Below, one piece after another: positions 52,455-64,000 of a stretch of DNA of 64,000 nt (positions within the stretch are counted from its first letter, which is position 1; every line of letters starts with the position of its first letter). The notes under the pieces are model-generated. The model made no database searches, was not told the origin of the DNA, and saw only the letters and a list, made by a program, of their open reading frames with translations. The DNA comes from Lama glama (lineage: Eukaryota): assembly GCA_028534125.1 (NCBI GenBank), contig CM052817.1:30010001-30074000 (forward strand), read 5' to 3'. A program made the position numbers and the translations under genes.

Positions 52455-52900
52455 ACTTACTGGGGCTGAATCTCAGTTTTGCTACTCATTTGCTGATGAC
52501 CTTTGGCAGATTACTTAAACTTCCTTCCTTACCTATGAAATGGAAATAATAATGAGATCTATTTGATGGAGTTGTCGTAACTTGATTTATGTAAGGTACT
52601 CCTGCTTGGCACAAAATTAGTGCTACATATGTATTGATAATTAATATTATAAATATTATCAAATGGTTCTGAAATACCATTATCTGTGAAATACTAAAGT
52701 AAAAGAAAATCAGAGTAATGCGGTCTTGGAACCAGGAAAGTTTTGACTCCTACCTCCTTTACATCTATCAGACTTCAGTCTACTATGTAAGGCTTTGGGG
52801 CTTCAATTCCTAATCTGTAAAATGTGCACACTATTCCTACTTTAAACTGTTGTTCCATGGATCCAATGATGTAATTAGAGGCATGTTCCAGCAAATACAT
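52455..52900 (+). mobile_element. Two MIR SINEs
   Basis: gacctttggcagattacttaaac...tatgaaatggaaataataatg; cttcaattcctaatctgtaaaatg. Confidence 0.75.
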
Positions 52901-54601
52901 ACAAACATCCGCCAAAATACATTTCCCTCACTTATTCTGTTTGTTTTGATATCTGAGTAGGACTTGTTTTTTATAGCCTACAGTCACTTGGCAAGGGTAA
53001 AATAACCAATGTTCAAGGTGTTAGTAGATTAGAGGTAGAGAGACAAAATGAATCATCCCACCTAAACATGTCACATTTTATTCTATGCTCCTGCTCAGCA
53101 AAGCAGCAGAAAAGCACACAGTGTGGGATCTTTCAAAGAATGAAAACTATTGCACAAATAAAACATGACACATTTTATTCCTGACAGTTTCTCTACCACA
53201 GCAAGATTTATCTTTATATTCAACGAAAAAGATGGCTGTAACTCAGGCTGGTAAGGTTTACAAACATTGTGAGATGAGTTTAAAATAGAAGTCAAGCAAT
53301 AACTTATAATCACAAGGATTAAATTTATTTTATTTTAGAAAAATACAGTTGAAAATATTATTTAATCTTCCAATTGTTTTCTTTGCCGATGGTAGCAGTG
53401 ATTGTAAAAGTATTATTTAGAGAAAGCCAAAGAATGATCAAAATTCAAAGAAGCATAGTATTTACCTGTTTCACAATAAGATTTTTTAATTAAAAGTACA
53501 TTGCTAAATATTTCAAAAAATTTGTATATCTAATCATTTGTTAACTACTTATGCTAATGGAAAAGAGGAAAATTTATACCAAATTTTATATGAAACCTCA
53601 TTTAAATATTCATTTTTTGCAGAAGAAGACAACCAAGTATTCACAAATACACATTTTTAATGTATATCAGACAAATACAACTGAAAAATCAGTCTCTGTT
53701 CTTTTTTTAAATACAAATAAATGAATGAGTAGATATAGCTGAGAACCACAACACTATTTTTTCCTTTTAATTTCCAAAATTATAGAAGTGCCATTTCTGA
53801 ATGAGAAACAAGAGCAGGAATAAATTTTGGACTCTCAAGTTTCTAAAGATTTTGAATAATGAGAAATCTTTATGTCTATTTAAGTCTATACAATACATTG
53901 TTTTTTCTTAAAGTGTTTACCTCCAAATGTAATTGTTGTTTAGATATTTTGAGATTGAAACTCATCTGAGATTAAAATGCAGGAGTCTGCATGTCTTGAT
54001 TCTAATGTTACAGGGCTCCAAACCAATTTATAATTTCAGGCTAATGGGATGTTTGTGTTCTAAAATTGTTCTAGATCTAGGTTCTTTGGGGTTGAACCCA
54101 ACATATAAATTCCATTTTCTGTCTGTCTTCCTGAGACTAGCAAAATTAGCATATTTGAATAATATAGTTCTAGAAACAGTCCATCCATGTAGGGGAAAAG
54201 GTCACTGAAACACTGGGGATGTGGAATAACTTCACTCTCCTAAGATTTTTTCTATCGACCATATGTCTACTTAGTGACCACTCTTGGTCTGTTGTGGGTT
54301 TTGGGGATTTTTTTGCATTATTTGGAGGCATCCATATTTATGTCCCTTTTATAAATGACAACGTTCTTCCATGTTAGGGCTTAAGAATTCAGTTCTCTCA
54401 CTAATATATTTTCTTCTGATGTCATCCACATTCATTGCTTCAGGGAACATCCAATTTCCTGATTATTTCCAAATCTCTATCTACAACGAAGATCATTGTA
54501 AGTTCCTTTGGACCTACATACCTCAAACTCAGTAAGATCAAACTCATTATCTTTCCCTTCCCACCTATACCCCACTCCAGTGTCCTTGCCTCTCAAAGCC
54601 C

Positions 54602-54832
54602 TTTTTTAAAATTTTAACTTACTCTTACTGAAGTATAGTCAGTTTACTATGTTGTGTCAATTTCTGGTGTACAGCACAACACTTTAGTCATATATGAACA
54701 TACATATATTTGTTTTGATATTCTTTTTCAACATAAGTGACTACAAGATACTGAATGTAGTTCCCTGTGCTATACAGTATGAACTTGTTGTTTATCTATT
54801 TTATATATAGTAGTCAGTATCTGCAAATCTCA
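54602..54832 (-). mobile_element. LINE-1 3' end, related to the young L1 ends at 42.9 and 47.9 kb
   Basis: atgttgtgtcaatttc...atgaacatacatatatt...ttccctgtgctatacagta...gtttatctatt shared in reverse complement with 42925-43085. Confidence 0.88.
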
Positions 54833-55189
54833 ACCAGATTCTCCACCATCCTCCCCAAAGTCAGTGGGATGAGGGCAGAGTCAGGCAGTTCCTTACACAA
54901 TCTGCATTATGGGACTATTCCGGTGACAACGTGATTAAAGTGACTGCTTATATTTATTGTAAGTTGAATATAGCTAAAGAACAAACATCTTTCTGCAAAC
55001 TGAATTATGTTTTATCATAAAGGAAAATTTTAATAAACAAGAGTCATCATTTTTTCAACACACCAAGTAATACCACTCATATGATTATTTAAAGTGAATC
55101 GACTATCATTAAGGCTGAATTAATTGAGGAGAAAAATTACATATATATAAATATATGCAGAGATATTAAGTTCTACCTATTATTTGCCA

Positions 55190-55420
55190 AATTGCCTGGG
55201 TTTATAGTCCATCCTCAATATTTACTAGCTCAATGAATGTAGGAAGTAACTTAATGCATTTGAATTTGTGTTCTTGCTTGAAAAAAAGTGATAAAAACAG
55301 TGTCTATCTCAAAAGGCTATTAAGATAATTAAAAAGGTTAATACACAAGAACTGTTGTTGTAATGGTATCTGATACAAAGCAGTCATTTAATAAATGTTG
55401 TTATTATTGGTAGTAGTATT
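55190..55420 (+). mobile_element. MIR SINE
   Basis: gcctgggtttatagtcc...ggaagtaacttaa...aataaatgttgttattatt. Confidence 0.65.
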
Positions 55421-56166
55421 GGTAGTTGTTTTAAGATAAGTAAAATCCTGGAAAAAAAAGCAATTTAGAACATTCAGTATCTCTTATAAATGAAGAAAAA
55501 ACAGCGTCCTTGGACAAAAGATTTCTTGATCAAAAATAATTATACAAGTGGTCTCTTTCACAAAATGCCTTTAATATTATAAATGAGGATAATTCTCACT
55601 GTTAAGTAGTTTTTATTTCTAGGAGTAGTAGAATTTCATCCAGCTTTATATATTGATCAGAATCATTCATCATCTCCAATACTTACACTTTATTTTTATT
55701 GTACAAAGTGTGTGGTATTAGATTTGAAAGACACTTTCTTTCACCATAACAATAATAGTGGTACCTCTGAGAAATATTAGCTTCAAATAGAATGGTTATA
55801 AAATCAAAAGGCCACTCTTATTTAATATAAAAATGATTTCTGACAAGCCGGCTAAGCTTCAAGAGCAATTCATAAAAACCTGTTCAGTTATACAATACAA
55901 ATTCCAAGCCCTCGATTTTAAATTCTAACTTTTCATTGATTTATGAACTATTTATTATGAAACATAATTATGATTATTCTTACCACCCCCTGACAGTAAC
56001 CTCATCTCCTACCAACTCACCCTTTCCTTTACGTGAGTAACCTCAACTGCTTCCTCACTTTTCCACTGCGGTTTATTCTGTGAGGAGTGCTGTTAACCCT
56101 GCAAAGGTTCTTCTTATCCCTTTTGTTTTCTGTTCAATACCACCTTATAGCATATAGACTTTTTTT

Positions 56167-56266
56167 GGTGGGTTGTAGCTCAGTGGTAGAGCACATGCTT
56201 AGCATGCACAAGGTCCTGGGTACAATCCCTAATACCTCCGTTAAAAAATAAAAAAAGAGGAAAAAA
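56167..56266 (+). mobile_element. tRNA-Ala(AGC)-derived SINE (Vic-1-like) or processed tRNA pseudogene
   Basis: GGTGGGTTGTAGCTCAGTGGTAGAGCACATGCTTAGCATGCACAAGGTCCTGGGTACAATCCCTAATACCTCC plus A-rich tail; A box intact, B box mutated (GGTACAATCC). Confidence 0.85.
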
Positions 56267-57109
56267 GTAGTTTTGACCAAATTTTAGGAAGTAGTTTCAT
56301 CCTCCCATCTTTAACATATTTTCCTATTCTTTATCTCTGTCTTCTGTTTCTTTCATTCCATTTAAATCACAATGTAAACAGTTTTTTTGTGAGTTTTAGC
56401 TTTTCTTTTTGTAAAGAAGTTAAACTTCACAAAAGAAAGCATAATTTCTGTCTCATTCATCCCTTTATCTCAGAACCTAACATTTGAGCAAATGTCCAGT
56501 ATGTTTTCAATAAAACCTTGGAAAATGGACAACATAACACATATGCTAATGTGATTTCTCATGAATACAAGAAAAGGAGGCATGGCTGATCATAAAAAGC
56601 TGAAGGTGGATGGCTTTTCCCCTGTTATGATGTCCCTGAAAGACATCATAAATGTTTGTCAACATGAAATTAATCCCAAATTAATTCAATGGTTATATAG
56701 AGAAAAGCCAGCCATAACACAGATATACATTTGTGAACATTAATTTGATTCTCAATAAGACAATCGTCTCTAAGTATAAAAGCAGTAAATGGGCATGCAA
56801 TTAAGATTAGTAGATTTAGCCACATGTAAATGAAAATGAAAACTTTTGTGTATGTAAAGTAATGTGAAAGAAAAAATTTTAAAGCAATATAAACCAGGGA
56901 AAAATATTTACAATGCAAGTGGCAGCAAAAGGTCAATTTTTGTTATAAATTATAATTATAAACATATAATTATATTATAATTTATATTACATATAATAGA
57001 AATCATATTACAAATTTCTAAATTATAAGTTTAATTTCAAATTAGTAAGACCAATGTAATTATGTCAAAGATGAGTAAGTAATGGGCCAGAATTATATTT
57101 AATATATAA

Positions 57110-57340
57110 AATAGCTGGCAATAATTGAGTTTTTGCCACGTATGGTGTTAGAGAACTGTGCTCTATGCTTTACACATTGCCTCATTTAATTCTTTCAATA
57201 ATCCCATGAGGATAGATGTTATTAACCCTATCTTGTAGGGGTGGCATCTGAGGCACAGAGAGGCTAATTAATTTACTCAACATTAGACACTTTAGCAGTA
57301 GAACACAGATTCAAACCAAGAACTGTCTGAATCTAAGTTA
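57110..57340 (-). mobile_element. MIR SINE
   Basis: tgcctcatttaattctttcaataatcccatgagg...ctgaggcacagagagg. Confidence 0.85.
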
Positions 57341-57399
57341 CCCCGGTCGACTGACAATTCTGAAATAGGGAATTTTATAAAGGAAAAAATATAACTTCA

Positions 57400-58880
57400 C
57401 AAATAATTAAAGAATGCCCCACTTGTTCCCCTATTACTTTGACATACTCACTTATAAATCCACAGCTTAGTTAAATTCGGCCCTCCACCTACTCTACTCC
57501 TGATCTTGTGCAGCTGAACACATTTCTGTCAGAATACAAATGTGGTGAAATTTCTCCCATCATTAAAAAAAAAAAGCACCTTTTCTTCTTCTGTTAGTAG
57601 TTGTCCCACTTATTGGTGCTTTTTTCCGAAACAAAACTCTGAAGATAGTCCTTATGTCCAACTTATTCTTTAATGTATTTCCTTCCTAAATTTACTCATC
57701 TGGTTCTGACTTTTCCACTCTTCAGAAACTACTCTTATTCAAGTTGACCATGACGTGGCTAAATTCAGTGGTAAACTTCCAGTTATCATTTTAGACCAAT
57801 CTGTAGCATTTAACAGAGACAAATATGCCTCTTCTAGATACACTTGGCTTTCAGGATACACCACACTCTTGATTTTCCTACTGCCCCAACATTATTTCTT
57901 CTAATAATCTTTTGTTGTGTGTTTTTCTTCTCTTCAATCACTTAATGGTTGAATGCCCCAAGGTTTAGTTGGACCTTTATCTTTTCTGCATAAATTTAGT
58001 GCCTTGGGTATCCCATCTAGTCTCATCATTACATGCTAGATATTTCCAGTCTAGACTGCTCACCTGAACACCAGATTATATATAATCTCATTACCTTTAC
58101 TGAGACATCACATGGCTTTCCAAACTCAACATATCTACAACTCAGAAAAACAGTGATTCTCTTTTAAATTTTCATATCAGGTGAGAGAAACTACATCCTT
58201 CAGTTACTCAGGTAAAAAAAAATCTTGAGGTCAAATTAATTCCATTCTTCAAAAATTTTTAAACTTCTATTTATTATGGTAAGAATACTTAACATAAGAA
58301 TTACGCTGAGTGAATTTTTTCAGTGTATTTATTGTTGACTTATAGGTAAAATGTGCAGCCAATGTCTAGAGCTTGCACATCGTTCTTAACTGAAAATGTA
58401 TGCCCCGTTACTAGTGACTTCCCATTTCCCTCTTCTCTCAGCCCCTAGAAACCATCGTTCCACCTTTGATTCTATTTTTGATACTTCATCTAACTGAAAT
58501 CATGCAGTATTTATTTTCTGTGACTAGCTTATTTCACTTGGCTTGACATCTACAGGCTTATCCAGATTGTTACCTAGTGCACAATGTCCTTCTTTTTTAA
58601 GGATGAATAATATTCTATTGTATGTATATACCACATTTTATTCATTCATCTGTTGATGGACATTTAGATTATTTCAACATCTTGGCTATTGTAAATAGTG
58701 CTGCAAAGGCCAAAGAAATGCTAATATACTTTTTGAAAACTTGATTTTGATTCTTTTGGATAAACATTCAGAAAGAAGTGGGATTGCTGGATCATATGGT
58801 ACTTAACTGCATTTCTCTTAAACTTCCCATCCAACCTATCATGAAATCTACTTTGGCTGCACCTTCAAATATATCCTGAG
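57400..58880 (+). mobile_element. L2 remnant interrupted by an L1
   Basis: gctaaattcagtgg...ttagaccaatctgtagcatttaacaga (decayed DLSAAFD motif); resumes after 58800 (ccatccaacctatcatgaaatc). Confidence 0.7.
58255..58800 (-). mobile_element. L1MA-like 3' end
   Basis: ggtaagaatacttaacataaga...tattctattgtatgtatataccacattt...gggattgctggatcatatggt. Confidence 0.9.
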
Positions 58881-58889
58881 ATTTGAGAC

Positions 58890-60560
58890 CTGTGAATGTA
58901 TAATTTTCATTAAAGTTGGAAACTTGTCAGTCATTATGTCTTTAAAATTTTTTCAGACCCTCTCCGCTTGAATTTATCCCACAACTCACTTCTGCTCTTT
59001 CAATTTTTAAATTCTTTTTCCTTTGTGTGATTTATTTTGGATAGCTTCTACTGCTGTGTCTTTAATTTCACTAAGTTTTTCTTCTTCCATGCCTAATTAA
59101 ACCCTATTATATATTAATGCCATAAATGCCATCCAGTGTATCTTTGATTGGAGTTTTTACATCTAGAAGTTTGATTTGGATCTTATTTGTATCATCTGTG
59201 TCCCTGCTTAACTATTTGACAGTATGTAACATGGTTATAATGTCCCTTTCTGCTGATCTAAAATTCATGTCAGTTTTTATTGGTTGATTATTCTCCCCAT
59301 TGTAGGCTGTGTTCTATTGCCTTGAGTAATATTTGATCGAATACAAAACATTATGCATTTGTTAACCAAAATTTCAGAATCAAAGACCTGATCAAAATAA
59401 AGAGGCATTTATTAGAGGTTTGTTAGGACTACAGCCTGGGAACCACAGATTCAGGAAGTACTTGAATTGTGTTCTGCTGGACTACAAAATGTCGAAAGCT
59501 TATGAAGGCAAAAACCACAAGGCCACAGTTAGGTACATGAGATATTTATAAAGAATTCTAATTGGAGCTGGCAAGAAGTAAGAATGCTTGTTAAGCAAGG
59601 ATTGATAGGGGTTCCAAATGGTTGCATAGTTATAATGGGGAACAATCTTGAGACCACGAGGTCACAGCTAGCCGATGTTTTAAAAATGATTGTTAGTGTC
59701 CTTGCATTTGGTACAGTTCACAGAAAGTTCAAATTCTCAGTGGTATAGGGACATGTCTGAGACCAGGTCTTCCATGGCCACCCAACTCCATTTTGTATGC
59801 CTGAACTATGATTACTCCATTATGATTTCAAACTGTCTCAAATTTTACCTTGAGAGTCCTGGATATTTTTGCATCCCTATAAATCTTAAGCTTTGCTCTG
59901 GGATGTAGTCAATTTACTTGAAAACAGTTTGATTATTTCAGGTCTCACTTCTATGATTTTTTAGGTGGGTTCTAAGCAAGGATCAGTCTATGGCTAATTA
60001 TCTGCGAGTACTGAGGCAAGACCTTGCTGACTTCTCTATTCAATGCTCTGTGAATTATGAGTTTCTCTAGTCCAGCTCTTGAGAAAAGGCATCGAGAACA
60101 TCCCTGTGTGAGAGCTGGGAAATGTTCCCTCTGTCTGGATAGTTCTTTCCCTAAACTTGAGTAGATTCCTCATATATTTGCTCTGATGAGTAACTTTCAG
60201 AACACTCCAGATTACCTTTTGCCGATTTGCAGAGTTATCACCCTCTGTGTACCCTAGGAACCATAGCTGACTTGGCTTCTCTGGAATCTCAGTTCTTTCT
60301 CCTCAATTCACAGAATCCTCCAGGCTCACCTTTAGTTGTCCCTCCTATACTATGGCCTCTAAACTTTCTCAAAGCTGTAGGGCTCACCTCATTTATTTCC
60401 TGTCTCTCAGAAATTACTGTCCTCCATTGTCTGTCTAATGTATTAAAAAATGTTGCTTTATGTATTTTGTCTATTTGTTTTAGACCTTTCAGATGTGGGA
60501 GCAAATCACATCCCAGTTATTCCAATTTCAGCAGAAGTGGAAGTTACTCTGTGACTTCTG
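58890..60560 (-). mobile_element. Old L1 5'/ORF1 region, interrupted by an LTR
   Basis: ccatccagtgtatctttg, ttgatttggatctt, ctggatatttttgcatccctataaatc, actgaggcaagacctt. Confidence 0.7.
59360..59840 (-). mobile_element. ERV1-class solo LTR (481 bp)
   Basis: TG...CA termini; minus-strand AATAAA (tttatt at ~59408); flanks catt/aatt form a near 4-bp TSD; host L1 reads through when the insert is removed. Confidence 0.75.
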
Positions 60561-61319
60561 TAAAAAGAAAAAATGAAAAGAGGAGTATAATATTTTAAAA
60601 TATAGCCACATAGCACATATATGTGTTTCTTAATACAATATTAGCTTGCACATTTTTAAACTAAGTACTTCATATAACTTTGTTTTCATATTTACTCTTA
60701 CAATGTTTATATTATTTAAATTTTGCTGAACTGTATCAAAAAATTTACATTCCTTTGAGTAAGTTATAATAAATTAGAAAAATAGTTTCATTTCTCTTAC
60801 TTTTATTGGCTAGACCAATTACATTTATTTCTTAGGGGTAGAAACAAAATATATTATCTTTTACAATCTGAGATATTTATGTAGAAATAGTTTTTGAGAT
60901 AATTAAAATTAACTTTTCATCAAGAAATGATTCTTGTCACCAAATCCTTATATCTAATATTGAATGACACTTGGGCAATTTATCAAAATCATGCCCAATT
61001 TAAATTAGTTTGTAAAACCCCAGTTGACAGAGATATGGACAAATATGAACAAGGATGATTAATTTTCAATCAGCAACAATACTCCAGTGTCTTGCTTCTT
61101 TTGTCAGACTACTAACTCAGAAAAAATTAAAAATAACTTAAGATAATTTTCTTATTCTTATGTAAGACTGTCTGAAAAATTATAAAAGAATTAAACCATA
61201 CATGAAATACAGACACTACAAGAAAATGAAAGTTAATAGATACATTTTGATTGGTGTTGTAAAGACAAATCAGTATTTTATGAATGAAAAATAAAGTGCT
61301 TTCTGAAGATTCAATGGGA

Positions 61320-61500
61320 GGTCCACTCAACTTGTAAGCAGAAAATCTGTTTGGGCTCAGCATGTGTTTGAGCTTTGGAGAATCACCTAAACACTGAGCA
61401 GAAATATCCTCATCTACAAAATCCACAACATTGTTTCTACAAATTTGCTGTGAAGATTAAATGAGGCAATATATTTTGCAGAGCTTTATACATGCACACT
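61320..61500 (+). mobile_element. MIR SINE
   Basis: tcctcatctacaaaat...tgctgtgaagattaaatgagg. Confidence 0.75.
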
Positions 61501-61910
61501 GGTATAATCATTTTGTACTATTAAATCATTTAATATCTACATTGTAATATATAAGATTAATTAAATAAACCATGAGTCAGAGCAACCTGGAAGTCTAACT
61601 TCTTAGTGAAAGATTCACTTTACATTGTTTCCCCAGTTAAAAACAATTCTTTATAATATGGAAATTCAAATGTCATTTCATTCTCATTGTCAATGAGTAT
61701 TAAACAACACATGTTGTTCCAGTTTTAAACTGTCATTTACAATTTAATAAATAACCAACCAATTTTCACCATTCAGCATTGTACATGGAGGTTATTTATG
61801 TTATATATATAATATATACTCTATAAACTGTAATATATTTAAGTTATTGAATATTTCTAGATGTTAAAACTATAAACTTTGCTCAAATAGAAATAAGACC
61901 TTAAAAAAGA

Positions 61911-61950
61911 AATCATTTACAAACAAAAGAAATCATTTACAAACAAAAGA
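61911..61950. repeat. Exact 20-bp tandem duplication
   Basis: aatcatttacaaacaaaaga x2. Confidence 0.95.
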
Positions 61951-61954
61951 CAAC

Positions 61955-64000
61955 CAAAACAATATGAGACGAAGTTCCCTGGGGAATGATAGGCTAGGAA
62001 ATGTGAAGGGAATCTTAATATAACTAGATCCTACTCAAAACATTATTTTAATGAATGTCTGGACTCCTACAAAAGAAAAAAACAAACAAAAAAATTCCTG
62101 TGGAATAGCTCTCCTACTTGAAAAGCAAATGCAGATAAACAAAAACCAGTAAGCTAAAAGGTGAATGAAGAGGCTGGGAAGAAATACTAATATCAACTCA
62201 GAGACTGAACTTTGAATCTTAGTTAAAGTGCTATGTATCCTATACTTAGCCTCTTTAAAAGGGCCAAAGTTATCTCAGGAAAGTAGTACACTTGGAGGCC
62301 TGCAGGAGCAAATGCAGATTTTTTTCTGGAAAAACAGAAACCCAATGTGGGTTCTTTGGATTCCCACAGATTGAAGTGCAAATTATTTAACTCATAAATG
62401 AAGATCATCAAACATATAAGAGAACATGGAACTATTCGAGTCAGAGAAACGAATTGAAGAAACATTCTTAATTTAGATCTCCTATAACACTTCATATAAT
62501 AGAACATAAAAAATAATAAAAATAATTATATAGAAAACATTTTTAAAGTAAAAGATAAAAAAATAGAAAAAGTAGGGAACTGTTAAGTATAAAAAATTCC
62601 CAGAGGAACATAAAATTAAGAGAAGGAAATTAAAAAAATATAACCCATAAATATTGATACAAAAATGTTAATAGAGGAGTTAAACATATTAGATATAGTT
62701 GGAAAAAAAATATAGTGAACAGAAAGATCTAAGGAAATAATCCAGAATGCAGCACAGAAAGGCAAAAGAGGAAATTATGAGGGAAAAAAATGAATCAATA
62801 TAAAGAATAGAGTGTGGTATTTTAAGTATATCTAATCAAACTATTAGAAAGGAGATTAGAGAAAATAGGAGAAATCTAATACTTGAAGAGATGATAACTG
62901 AGTATACCCTAGTGACAAACCCACAGACATAGAAAGCACAAGATATTCTAAACAGGGTGAAAAAAAAATGTATAAACCAGAGAACATTAAATACAAAGAT
63001 ATGATCCTAAAAGAAGTAAAAAGTATTGAAATCAAACTTCTTACCAGAAACAGTGTAAGCCAGAGAACATAGCAAAGGTTATAAAATATTTGAGAAAAAA
63101 AATTTTAAGGAAAAATATACCATTAAGAGTAAAGGTGATATATTTTGGAGAGAGTTCCTGCTGACAGAAATATATGAAAAGACTTTCTACAAAATGTAGA
63201 AAAAGAGGAAATGAATTTGGAGAAGATGTGAGAGCACAGAAAGGATAGGGATCCACTAAAAGAATAAAAATATGAATGAAAAAGTAAGAATAGAAAAAGA
63301 ATGCATAAGAAAATAGAAAGTATAACCTCTAAATGTATAAAAAGGAAAAAAATAGAATTTAAAAGAAGAAAACTTCAGGTATTAAAAAAAAAGGGTAGAA
63401 AAGAAAAATGTTACAGAAAGAGAGGGATAAGTAGGAGTCAAAAGAATACAAAAATAGAAATAAATCCAAATATATTTTTTAAAACTGTCAATAAGCAAAA
63501 ATGGAATATGTTTAATATTTAAGAACAATTTTCAAAACTGATTAAAAATATCCAGCTACATGTTTGTAAAAAACAGCTTATTTAAAACATAAGGATAATT
63601 TAAAGACATACAGTAAAAAAACAAAGAAAAAATATTAATTCAGGAAAAATATTTACCAAATAATAATTATATTAAATTCAGGCAACATATTTTAAGATAA
63701 TCTTTATTAGGAGTAAATAAGATCACTACCAAGCTTAAGATGCTTATTTCATCAAGAAGATAAGATAATTGTAAATCCATATGCCTCTAATAAAACAGCC
63801 TCAATTATAGAGAGCAAACATTTATAAAACTAAAGGAAAAAATTATAAACACACAGTCATAATTTTCTCAGATAAGTAGAGAAAATTTTTTATAAATATT
63901 TATACATTTTGAACACAATTTTGTTTGAAAAGTTTGAACTCCCCTCCCAGTATTTAAACAATAAACATCCTTCGCACACTCATAAAGCAAGTATCAATAG
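61955..64000 (+). mobile_element. Ancient LINE-1 (ORF1 into ORF2 endonuclease), degenerate, runs off the window
   Basis: gaaataatccagaatgcagcacaga (ORF1-like); caagaagataagataattgtaaatccatatgcctctaataa (cf. QEDITILNIYAPN). Confidence 0.75.

Noticed and set aside
56167..56240. Functional tRNA-Ala gene
   Set aside because: T-loop/B box is mutated (GGTACAA), acceptor and anticodon stems are mismatched, and an A-rich tail replaces a T-run terminator, so it is a retroposed copy.
1..64000. Novel multi-gene system, CRISPR array or horizontally acquired DNA
   Set aside because: No long real ORFs, no regularly spaced repeat-spacer structure and no compositional island; the content is explained by mammalian repeats plus one promoter region.

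Overview
AT-rich, CpG-poor mammalian genomic DNA, probably camelid (inferred from a tRNA-Ala-derived SINE and the style of the young L1 3' ends). I cannot support any intact protein-coding sequence: the ORF track consists of short chance ORFs, microsatellite ORFs, N-gap ORFs and L1 remnants. The one gene-like signal is at about 11.4-12.6 kb. It has a small CpG-enriched patch with two CCAAT boxes and a near-perfect RFX X-box, each followed on the minus strand by a consensus splice donor. This suggests two alternative first exons of a minus-strand gene that runs off the left edge. Three candidate downstream exons lie at 8.9, 5.3 and 5.0 kb, and each has stops in all frames, so they would be 5'UTR or lncRNA exons. 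I could not name the gene. The remaining ~51 kb is upstream/intergenic DNA full of L1, L2, MIR, MaLR/ERVL/ERV1 LTRs, an ERVL pol remnant and hAT/Tigger DNA transposons. There is one 500-N assembly gap. Several insertions keep clear mechanistic scars: a twin-primed inverted L1, a perfect 17-bp TSD and a fold-back template switch. I found no convincing novel biological system. Repeat family names come from recalled consensus sequences, not from a database search, and boundaries of old repeats are approximate.
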